DNA of 64,000 bases, from contig NIVC01002057.1 in the NCBI GenBank assembly GCA_002269645.1, positions 90,912 through 154,911 of the forward strand, read 5' to 3'. This document shows, in pieces, positions 31,301 to 41,924 of the stretch (its first letter is position 1; each line of letters starts with the position of its first letter). This stretch comes from Macrostomum lignano (Eukaryota). The notes beneath the pieces were generated by a model. The model worked only from the letters and a program-made list of their open reading frames with translations. It did no database searches and was not told the origin of the DNA. The position numbers and the translations under genes are program-made.

Positions 31301-32733
31301 ACCCTACCAAACCTACCAGAAACCCTACCAAACCTACCATAAACCCTACTAAACCTACCATAAACCCTACCCTACCAAACCTACCATAAACCCTACCAAA
31401 CCTACCATAAACCCTACCAAACCTACCAGAAACCCTACTAAACCTACTATAAACCCTACCAAACCTACCAGAAACCCTACCAAACCTACCAGAATTACTA
31501 TAAACCCTATCATAAACCCTACCCTACCAAACCTACCATAAACCCTACTAAACCTACCATAAACCCTACCAAACCTACCATAAACCCTACCAAACCTACC
31601 AGAAAGCCTACTAAACCTACCATAAACCCTACCAACCCTTGATTGAAACATAAAACCTACCAAACCTACTATAAACCCTACAAAACCTACCATAACCCCT
31701 ACAAAACCTACCATAAACCCTACCAAACCTACTATAAACCCTACGAAGCCTTGATGGAAACATAAAACCGACCATAAACACTACCAAACCTACCATAAAC
31801 CCTACTAAGCCTTGATTGAAACATAAAACCTACCATAAACCCTACCAAACCTACCATAAACCCTACCAAACCTACCATAAACCCTACCAAACCTACAAGA
31901 ACAAATTTGACATGCTGGTAACCCTACTCAATCCACCAGAGCACACCCCAATGTACTTCAGTGAGCGCAGACACAGAGTTGCCATTCCAATAGTCCGCAC
32001 ACAGCTCTGACACGAGCACATCAGCCGAGCCCTGCACAAAGTACTGCCCGCCCAGATGCCGCTGCTGCACAGCGCAGCCGAAGGTGTGCCCGACAGGTGC
32101 CTTCTGTCTGAGCGCGCTGAGCAGCCTCAAGAACTGGTCCTTGCCCTGGTCCTCCTTGCTGGCCTGAAATGTGCAATTGGCATACTAGATTAATACGCTC
32201 GGGTGTGTGTCGGCACAGATACCCAAGTAGCGTAAAATCAATAAAGCAATCAACTGAACTAAATTATCAATCAATTGAATCATAAAATGTAAACTTAATT
32301 TACGATTTATCAATTGTATCTAATTTTTTAGTTCACCAATGGAATCAATGTAATGAGTCAATGAGTCAATCAAAGCAATCAGTCAATCGAATCAACCAAT
32401 CATTCGATCAATCAATCCATTGAATTCATCAATCAATCAATAAATTGAATCAATTAATCAATCAATCAATCAATCAATCAATTAATCAATCAATAAATCG
32501 AATTCAATTATTCAATCAATCAATGGAATAAATAAATAAATCAATCAATCAGTGGAATCCAATTAATCAATAGAATCAATCAATCAATCAATCGAATCCA
32601 ATTAATCAATAGAATCAATCAATCAATCAATCAATCAATCCAATAAATCGAATTCAATCAATCAATCAATCAATCGAATCCAATTAATCAATAGAATCAA
32701 TCAATCAATCAATCGAATCCAATTAATCAATAG

Positions 32734-32765
<32 letters not shown>

Positions 32766-35700
32766 CAATAAATCGAATCCAATTAATCAATAGAATCAAT
32801 CAATCAATCAATTAATCCAATAAATCGAATCCAATTAATCAATAGAATCAATCAATTAATCCAATAAATCGAATCCAATTAATCAATAGAATCAATCAAT
32901 CAATCAATCAATCAATTAATGGAATCAATCAATCACTCAATCAATCCAATAAATCGAATTCAATTAATCAATCAATCAATTAATGGAATAAAAAAATCAA
33001 TCAATCAATAAATTGAATCAATTAATAAATAAATAAATCAATTAATCAATCCAATAAATCGAGTCCAATTAATCAATAGAATCAATCAATCAATCAATCA
33101 ATGGAATAAATAAATTAATCAATAGAATCAATCAATCAATCCAAAAATCAAGTTCAATCAATCAATCGATCAATCAATCAATCGATCAATCAATCAATGG
33201 AATAAATCAATCAATCAATCAATCAATCACTGCACCCAAATCGCAAACTCAAACAGAGCATCGCTATGCCGCAGCCACCTGCTGATAGGTGCCCAGCGTG
33301 AACTGCAGGCTGAAGGGGTCCCGAGCCGCATCCTTGAAGCCGATCAGCCTCGCCAAGTCGCACAGGCAACGCCGCTTATTAACGCAAGCGCGCGGATCAT
33401 CCGGCAGCGTGACGGCGGTCACGTGATGAGCGAAAGCGTCATAGCTGGGCCTGGCAGACGGGTGGCAGTTATTCAACAGAATGGCCAGACCCAGCGGCTT
33501 CAATGATTTCAAAAACCGACGCCAATGCGGATCGTCAAAGTCCAGTCGGTAGGCAATCTTCGGGTCATGCGAAACGTCCAGGACGTGAATATGCGCCTCC
33601 GTGTCCAGCAGGGCGCTGTTGGCCTCGGAGGTCTGCAAGCTCATGTCCGACTTCTTGCGCTGGGCGGGCGTGCTGCGGTGACGGTGCTTGCGGCGTAAGA
33701 AACAGACTTTGTCTGGCAGCGGGATGGGCAGGCTGAGGATGCCCTCCTGGAGACAGGCGAAGCGGTATGAGCAGTCAGATTGGCACTATGAGCAGTCAAA
33801 TTGGCACTATGAGCAGTCAGATTGTCACTATGAGCAGTCAGATTGTCACTATGAGCAGTCAAATTGTCACTATGAGCAGTCAAATTGTCACTATGAGCAG
33901 TCAGATTGGCACTATGAACAGTCAGATTGGCACTATGAGTAGTTAAATTAGAAGTATGATCAGTCAAATTGGTATTATGAGCAGTCAAATTGGCACTATG
34001 AGCAGTCAAATTGGTATTATGATCAGTCAAATTGGCACTATGAGCAGTCAAATTGGTATTATGATCAGTCAAATTGGCACTATGAGCAGTCAAATTGGTA
34101 TTATGATCAGTCAAATTGGCACTATGAGCAGTCAAAGTCGCACCTTATCAGCGCAGCACAGCCTGGACATTGTGCCAAACGAGTGCACCAGCTTCCAGTC
34201 CACCTCCGCATTGTCAGTCAGCAGGTACATCAACTTCGCCAAGGCGTCTCGCCAGCCAGCAACGATTGAGGCAGCAGCGGTGGTGTCGCAGGTGTCCAGG
34301 TCCGACAGGGAGCCGATGGACTCCGTCAGGCTGTCCATCGATGGCGGCCTGTCTGGCTGGCGAAGCAGCTCGTCGCTAGCCAGAGAAGTTCGGTGCACGT
34401 GCACCAGAGCTTTGGCCAGCTCCCACAGGTTCAGGGCGTGCCACATTGGCGGGCAGGACAGCAGCAGGATGGGGAGGGTGGCCAGGCAGGGGAAGGCCAG
34501 CGCGTAGGCTGCTGACACCTAAAAGTGCAGAGTAAAAGTGCAGAGCTTTAATAATTTGTCTGCGTCATTTCAACTGGGAGTACCCTGGTGTAAAGCACAT
34601 TTACCTTCACCCTGAAGTACACCAACTAGAGTACATCGAAGTTAAATTAAAGAGACAAAGTCAAAAGTACATCCAGACTACAGTAGTGCATCTAGAATAA
34701 AGTGCAGCTACACAGAAGTACATGTACACTTGAGTGCATCTGTACTACTAAGTACACCTATCATAAGTGGATGTCCATTAAAGTACGCTTTTACACAATA
34801 TAAAGCACAAATATCACGAATATATTTTTGAACGAATGTACACATGCCGTAAAAGTACTTTTACAGTAAAGTACAAAACCCATAAAAGTACTTTTACAGT
34901 AAAGTAAAAAACCTGAAAGTACTTTTGCAGAAAAGTACGAAACCTAAAAGTACTTTTGCAGTAAAGTACACGTCCCTTAAAAGTGCTTTTCATCTAAAGT
35001 ACGCACCGCCTAAGAGTACTTTTACACTATAGTAAAAATCCCCTAAAGTACTTTTAGATGCACTAAAGTACACATATCCTATATACTAAAAATTAAAGAA
35101 CTATAAACGCTTAGGTCATAAAATTCGAAATCTTTATCTCTCCCTCTTACAGCACAGCTTACCGAATCCTCCCCAATAACGTGCCGTTTGGCCAGCGCGG
35201 CGACCAAACACACGGCAAAAGCGACTCCCACGCAGACCAGACACGCCCGACAGCCTCTGGCGAACAGCGCGTCCAAGTCCGATCGGCCTCGAATGTGCAG
35301 ATTAAGAAAATCTCGAACAAAATCCACAGCCGGAGTCAGCTTCACGCGGCAGCGCAGCGGCGGCAGAACCCGGTGAGACACGGGCCTGCTGAGCGACCGT
35401 CTGGCTGGATCAGGCAGCACTGGCATGTACCGATCATCCGGTTCGAACGATCTAGCCAACTGTTCCGACTGTTGTTGCTGGGGCAACTCGCAGCAGTGCA
35501 CGTTGAAAGCGATGCCGGGACGAACGTAGATAATGTCGTCGCGAACCAATAGCATAGCAGGTAGGTTGATTAGGTGTCCGTCTCGGAGGGTCCAGTGGCA
35601 GTGGATGGTGGACACGGAGGGCGCGCTCAGGTCCGGGTAGGCTGACTCGACTGGCCAGTTCACGGTGCGGCTGTACTCTTCAGTGCAATCAATACGAGTC

Positions 35701-38700
35701 AATGTATTTCTTAGCGGTATGAGTGATTCTAACCCCCTCAGGAGTGATTCTAACCCCTCAGGAGTGATTCTAATCGCCCCCAGGAGTGATTCTAATCCCC
35801 TCAGATCCCTCAGGAGTGATTCTAATCCCCTCAAGAGTGATTCTAATCCCCTCAAGAGTGATTCTAATCACCTCAAGAGTGATTCTAATCCTCTCAAGAG
35901 TGATTCTAATCCCCCCAAATCCCTCAGGAGTGATTCTAATCTCCTCAGGAGTGATTCTAATCCCCTCAAGAGTGATTCTAATCCCCCCAAATCCCTCAGG
36001 AGTGATTCTAATCTCCTCAAATCCCTCAGGACTGATTCTAATCCCCTCAGATCCCCCAGGACTGATTCTAAACCCCTCACATCACTAAGGAGTGATTCTA
36101 ATCCCCTCAGATCCCCCATGAGTGATTCTAATCCCCTCAGATCCCCCATGAGTGATTCTAAACCCCTCACATCACTAAGGAGTGATTCTAATCCCCCCAG
36201 ATCACTCAGGAGTGATTCTAATCTCTCAGATCCCCTAGAAGTGATTCTAATCCCCTCAGATCCCTCAGGAGTGATTATAATCGCCTCAGATCCCTCAGGA
36301 GTGATTCTAATCCCCTCAGATCCCTCAGGAGTGATTCAAATCCCCTCAGATCCCTCAGGAGTGATTCTAATCCCCTCAGATCCCTTAGGAGTGATTCTAA
36401 TCCTTCAGATCCCACAGGAAGTGATTCTAATCCTATCCGATCATTCAGTGCTCGAATGTTCGTGTCGTCTTCGCCAAATTCTTACCCGCTAAATCAGCGC
36501 AGAGGTTCTGAATTTTCTTATCAACTCCATTGTGCGACAGCCAGTCGATAAGGACCGCAGCGGCCACATTGGCTCCAATGAGCAGCAGCATGGCTGTCAG
36601 GACAAGGGCCATGGTGACCACTGGTAGGAAACTGGAACAGTGCGGCAGGTTTATAAAGTTTTGGTTAAGAAAAACTGCAAAGTGCACAGCGGTAGAGTGG
36701 CAGACATGAAATTGTTTTGTTCATTTTTTGGTAGATAGAACGGTAGACAGGTAGATAGAGCGATAAACAGGTAGATAGAGCAGTAGACAGGTAGATAGAG
36801 CGGTAGAGCGGTACAGAGGTAGATGGAGCAGTATATAGGTAGATAGAGCGGTAGACAGGTAGATAGAGCGGTAGACAGGGTGGTTAGAGCGGTAGACAGG
36901 TAGATAGAGCGATAAACAGGTAGATAGAGCGGTAGACAGGTAGATAGAGCGATAAACAGGTAGATAGAGCGGTAGACAGGTAGATAGAGCGGTAGACAGG
37001 GTGATTAGAGCGGTAGACAGGTAGATAGAGCGGTAGACAGGTAGATAGAGCGATAAACAGGTAGATAGAGCAGTAGACAGGTAGATAGAGCGATAAACAG
37101 GTAGATAGAGCGATAAACAGGTAGATAGAGCAGTAGACAGGTAGATAGAGCGATAAACAGGTAGATAGAGCAGTAGACAGGTAGATAGAGCGATAAACAG
37201 GTAGATAGAGCAGTAGACAGGTAGATAGAGCGGTAGACAGGTAGATAGAGCAGTAGACAGGTAGATAGAGCGATAAACAGGTAGATAGAGCAGTAGACAG
37301 GTAGACAGAGCGATAAACAGGTAGATAGAGCAGTAGACAGGTAGACAGAGCGATAAACAGGTAGATAGAGCAGTAGACAGGTAGATAGAGCGGTAGACAG
37401 GTAGATAGAGCGGTAGATATGTAGATAGAGCGGTAGACAGGTAGATAGAGCGGTAGATATGTAGATAGAGCGGTAGACAGGTAGATAGAGTGGTAGATAT
37501 GTAGATAGAGCGGTAGACAGGTTGTTGTTGTTGTTGTTTTTAACCCTCGCCAGGGTCGCGCTGGACAGGCAGCGACAGGAACTCAGCGATTTCAACAGGG
37601 TTGCGCCACAGGTCAGAGGGCACCAACTCGGTGGGGTGAGCCGGGCAATTAAAAAGATGCAGGCAATCATGCGTGGCCGCGTCGCACTCAGGACAGCTTG
37701 GAGGCGTCTCAGGATTCAACCGGTGCTGGTAACTACGAAGCATAGGACTGAAGCCAGAGCGCAGCTGGGCGAGCAGAGAACGGGTCCGACGCGGCAAAGA
37801 ACGCTCGGAATCGCAGACGTCGGGGCGAAGGCCGACGACGCGGTTAGGAGGTAGGCCGTCGATGTGATTGAGCACGATGAGCGAGTGTTGAGCTCGCCTC
37901 GCCCTGTCCCAGGCTGCCGCGTCGTCGAGGACCGCCGGGGCTTCGACTGGCTGCCAGGAATCGTCAAAGAATGGTGCGGTAAAAATGGACGGCTTCATGC
38001 GCCGGCGAGGAGCCGGGCAGGCGGAAAGGTGGTAGCAGGGGTGCTCAGGACGGCGAGAGGCCAGGAGGAACTGGAGAGACAGGAGCCTGTTGTGCTGCTG
38101 GACCGGGAGCATCCGGGTCTCGCAGTGAAGGTCGGCAACAGAGGTATTGACGGTGCAGCCGGTGATGCACCGAATGGCCGCGTTTTGGACCGACTGGAGC
38201 CCGTTCCAGGAGGTGGACGAGATGACAGGTCCCCAAACAGGAGCAGCGTAGTTGAGGATGCTGCGCGAAATGGCCTTGTAAGTGTTGAGCAGCAGCTCCT
38301 TGCAGCTGCCCCAACTGCTACCCGCCAAGCAGCGGAGGACGCTGTTATGTTTGTGGGCCTTCTCGATAGTGGCCTTGACGTGACGGCTGAACGTCATCTT
38401 CGGATCAAAGATCACGCCCAGGATTTTAGGAAAGAGAGCCTGGGGTAGTCTGGAACCGTCGAAGTAGACCTCGAGGGCCTTGGCGTACTCCCGTTGGTCC
38501 GGAGTGAAGAGCGTCGTGGTGCATTTTGCTGCCGAGACCTTGAGCTTGCGGGCATGGAGGAACGGCGCCAAGCGCGTTAAGTAGGCGTTGAGTTGCTCTT
38601 GGATGCGCGAGATGGACGCGGAAGAGGCAGCCGCTGTAAGGTCATCGGCATAGCCGATAAGGCTGGAGTTCGGGTCATCCGGCGTAGGGGTGTCCTTCAG

Positions 38701-40502
38701 GTAGAAGGCGAAAAGAAGCGGGTTGATCGCGCTACCTTGGGGCACTCCCATGCGAACTTGGCGCCAGGCGGACTTGCAGTCGCGCAGTACGAGTATTGTG
38801 CGGGCTTGACAACCGAGAAGGTAGTTGCAGAGCCAGCCTTTGATGAGGTTCGGCAGGTCGGAGTTGAAGACGTCGGTGATGAGCTCACAGTGGTCCACAC
38901 AATCAAAGGCAGCCTTCAGATCCTGAGCAGCAGTGCCAGTTCTCGCCGGGGCTTGGCTTGGCAGAAAACAGTACTGATCTGCTCGGCGAGCTGACACAAT
39001 GCGGTAGTGGTAGAGTGCATTGGGCGGAAACCGTGCTGCCAAGCTGGGAGCTTAAGGTGGTCAGTCAGCAGGGGCAGCAGGAGTTTTTCAAAGATTTTAG
39101 CCAGCGGGGAGAGGAACGAAATCGGGGGGTAGGAGGCTCCGTCATCCGGAGGTTTGCCACTTTTAATTAATGGGCAGATCAGCGATTTCTTCCAAACCGC
39201 GGGGATTTCATTGTAGTGCAGCGAACGGTTGAACAGGCCGAGGAGCACGTCGATGGCTTTGGGGCCGAAATGTTTAATGACTAGCGGACAGATACCGTCA
39301 GGGCCGATAGCCTTCGAAGGCTTAGAGCGTTTGATGGCCTGCACCAGGTTGTCTTTGGAGAAATACAAGAGGGTAGTGCAGCAGGTCTTCGCGCGGGAGT
39401 GCAGCAACTTTGCGGCGGACGAAGCGCATGGCTGGATTCGAACAGTGAGCACGCGGCTGCGTGAACTGTTTATTAAGCCGATTAGCCGCCTCCGCGTCGG
39501 TCTAGGTCGGTCTTCCGTCGAAACGGATGATGATGTTACGAGCTGAGGAGGTGACACGGCCGGAAAGACGTTTAATGGTGGACCAAAGATGCGGAGTGGG
39601 TGCAGGCTGTTGCCCGTGCTCATTCAAGAAATCGTTCCATCGGGCACGTTGTTCCTCTTCAATCAGAGCAGTAACGCGGTTCTGGAGTGTAGGGATCCTA
39701 GGATCGCTAGCATCATCAGAGCGCAGTTTGTCGCGTTCAGCTAGAAGGTGGCGAATTACAGCAGGGCAGGGCGAGGCTTCTTGGCGCTTGAATCGGCCTT
39801 CAGGGATGGCCGTCTTCATCGCCTTGAGAATAATCCGGCGCAAATTCTTCTCGACGCCATGAGCGTTGCCGTCAGTGCTGAAGTCAGACAGCGAGTTCTC
39901 CAGGGTGAATTTGAAAAGGACCCAGTTGGCACGCCGGAAATTAATAATAGACAGGTAGACAGGTAGATAGAGCGGTAGACAGGTAGATAGAGCGGTAGAC
40001 AGGTAGATAGAGCAGTATATAGGTAGATAGAGCGGTAAACAGGGTAGTTAGAGCGGTAGACAGGTAGATAGAGCAGTATATAGGTAGATAGAGCGGTAGA
40101 CAGGTAGATAGAGCAGTATATAGGTAGATAGAGCGGTAGACAGGGTAGTTAGAGCGGTAGACAGGTAGATAGAGCGGTAGACAGGTAGATAGAGCGGTAG
40201 ACAGGTAGATAGAGCGGTACACAGGCGCCTTCTCACTCCTCGGGCCGGTCTGCCAAAGCGGAGGCGGCGAGCAGCAGAGCCCACAGCGCCAGATTGACGC
40301 CAATGTGAGGCAGGGTGATCGGCGGGTGGCGCCACAGGCAGGCCAGGTCAAAGCGCCAGCGCCGAAACGAGCTCCGCCTGACTGCGTCGACTTCCTCAGC
40401 CAGGCGCTGCAACGCCACCGAAGTTTTTAGTCCGAGTCGACGATCGGCGTCAGACAAGACGAACGACATGTCGGAGTCGGCGGCGGGTGGCCCGGCTGAC
40501 AT
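23653..40502 (-). CDS. TMEM94: TMEM94 (KIAA0195/ERMA), P-type ATPase-like ER Mg2+ transporter, about 1388 aa, 13 exons
   Basis: complement(join(23653..23725,24369..24548,25428..25530,25636..25964,26995..27416,28054..28590,29410..29955,31957..32163,33279..33746,34144..34518,35163..35677,36486..36631,40237..40502)) = 4167 nt, all phases consistent. Family motifs recalled from human TMEM94: [40 protein letters not shown]...[62 protein letters not shown], and C-terminal [13 protein letters not shown]. The exon-12 acceptor and the start codon are less certain. Confidence 0.93.
23756..24342. repeat. 17-bp minisatellite in TMEM94 last intron
   Basis: Unit ctgagtgtgggattctg. Confidence 0.94.
24565..25411. 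repeat. (GACA)n microsatellite in TMEM94 intron 11
   Basis: About 850 bp of gaca with sparse variants. Confidence 0.97.
26150..26990. repeat. 20-bp minisatellite in TMEM94 intron 9
   Basis: Unit agacacccaaacaccctacc, running up to the donor site. Confidence 0.95.
27478..28015. repeat. Degenerate 20-bp minisatellite in TMEM94 intron 8
   Basis: Unit approximately ttgacctacttgacccaatt. Confidence 0.88.
28625..29355. repeat. 15-bp to 21-bp minisatellite in TMEM94 intron 7
   Basis: gacccagatcccatt changing to gacccagacactgatcccatt. Confidence 0.93.
30050..31895. repeat. About 21-bp minisatellite with a 631-bp higher-order duplication in TMEM94 intron 6
   Basis: Unit aaaccctaccaaacctaccat. Identical spurious ORFs are offset by 631 bp (30428/31059; ends 30354/30985). 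Confidence 0.95.
32330..33230. repeat. (AATC)n-rich degenerate microsatellite in TMEM94 intron 5
   Basis: Long runs of aatcaatc. Confidence 0.93.
33766..34135. repeat. 21-bp minisatellite filling TMEM94 intron 4
   Basis: Unit atgagcagtcaaattggcact. Confidence 0.94.
35720..36445. repeat. 21/30-bp minisatellite in TMEM94 intron 2
   Basis: Unit gagtgattctaatcccctcag(atccctcag). Confidence 0.93.
36735..37520. repeat. 20-bp minisatellite in TMEM94 intron 1, left of the LINE
   Basis: Unit gtagatagagcggtagacag. Confidence 0.95.
37521..39947 (-). mobile_element. 5'-truncated, decayed non-LTR retrotransposon (LINE): reverse transcriptase plus C-terminal CCHC, (AAC)n tail
   Basis: Begins at the post-endonuclease linker INFRRANW (39945). 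RT motifs [15 protein letters not shown]...SYPPISF, QHGFR, DLKAAFD, GVPQGS, YADD. C-terminal CPEC..H..H...C. In-frame TAG at 39502-39504, frameshifts near 39370 and 38950. Stop TAA is followed directly by AAAC(AAC)n. Confidence 0.95.
39948..40218. repeat. Continuation of the 20-bp minisatellite right of the LINE
   Basis: Same gtagatagagcggtagacag unit. Confidence 0.93.
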
Positions 40503-40595
40503 CAAGTTGAAGATGGAGCTGCATCGATCCGAGCACTCTTATCTCCCAGCCTCCATAAGTCTGAGCACCCTAATCCCAGTGCCCCCATCAATTTG

Positions 40596-41112
40596 TGCAG
40601 CTGAAGCCAGCATCCCTAATGCCTCATCAGCCTGAGCATTCTCTAAAGCCAGCATTCCTAATGCCTCATCAGCCTGAGCAATCTCTGAAGCCAGCATCCC
40701 TAATGCCTCATCAGCCTGAGCAATCTCTAGAGCCAGCATCCCTAATGCCTCATCAGCCTGAGCAATCTCTGAAGCCAGCATCCCTAATGCCTCATCAGCC
40801 TGAGCAATCTCTAGAGCCAGCATCCCTAATGCCTCATCAGCCTGAGCTATCTCTAGAGCCAGCATCCCTAATGCCTCATCAGCCTGAGCAATCTCTAAAG
40901 CCAGCATCCCTAATGCCTCATCAGCCTGAGCAATCTCTGAAGCCAGCATCCCTAATGCCTCATCAGCCTGAGCAATCTCTAAAGCCAGCATCCCTAATGC
41001 CTCATCAGCCTGAGCAATCTCTAGAGCCAGCATCCCTAATGCCTCATCAGCCTGAGCAATCTCTAGAGCCAGCATCTCTAATGCCTCATCAGCCTGAGCA
41101 ATCTCTAGAGCC
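40596..41112. repeat. 42-bp minisatellite (about 12 units) between UXS1 and TMEM94
   Basis: Unit gccagcatccctaatgcctcatcagcctgagcaatctctaga. Confidence 0.95.
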
Positions 41113-41654
41113 AGTATTCACTCACAACCGTTTTTCAATTCACAATAGCAAATATTGTAAGCATCTCATCAATTAAGTAACAGCAATTTCTAAAACTCTG
41201 CGACCTAAGTTGTACTTTCAGTTGTATGACAGTCTCAATAGATAATATATTTACAGTTTAAATATTGAAACAAAATCTGAACACAAAAAGAATCCACTCG
41301 CTCCTACCTTAAGTCTAGACAAAGCATAATAAGTACATCTAGGTGAGAAAGGCAACAGACAGAACTGATATCCAAATATAGGCTCAAGAATAGACACATT
41401 ACTTTAAGTAGCTTGAAAATAAAAAACGGACAGACCGAGACACAAACATTGAAAATCGCAATGCACCAAAAGAGAAGGCAGACAGAAAGAAGCGGAAAAG
41501 ATAAAGCAGATTACATGATGATAACAAAAGCATAATGAAAATGCTCAGCAAAAACTCTAGAACAGCCCCTTTGTATCAAAAAAATTATTACCAGAAGAAC
41601 AACATTTTTTATTTATACTCACCATTCTGACTCACCAAGGAGTGTTAGATTAGC

Positions 41655-41915
41655 AGACCAAGGACTGCTAGATTAACAAACCAAGGACTGCTAAATTAAC
41701 AAGCCAAGGACTGCTAAATTAACAAACCAAGGACTGCTAAATTAACAAACCAAGGACTGGTAAATTACCAAACCAAGGACTGCTAGATTAACAAACCAAG
41801 GACTGCTAAATCTAAACTAACAGAAAAGAGAGCACAAAGACCGCTAAATTTGTGAATCATGGATTACTAAAATAAAGAAACATGGATTGCTAGAAGTTTA
41901 CGCGACCAAGGACTG
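41655..41915. repeat. 23-bp repeat in the UXS1 3' region
   Basis: Unit accaaggactgctaaattaacaa. Confidence 0.85.
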
Positions 41916-41924
41916 CTATAAATT

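Noticed and set aside
28841-31726. DPIDP and NPTKPT mucin- or antifreeze-like ORFs
   Set aside because: Intronic repeats of TMEM94; the splice phases close without them.
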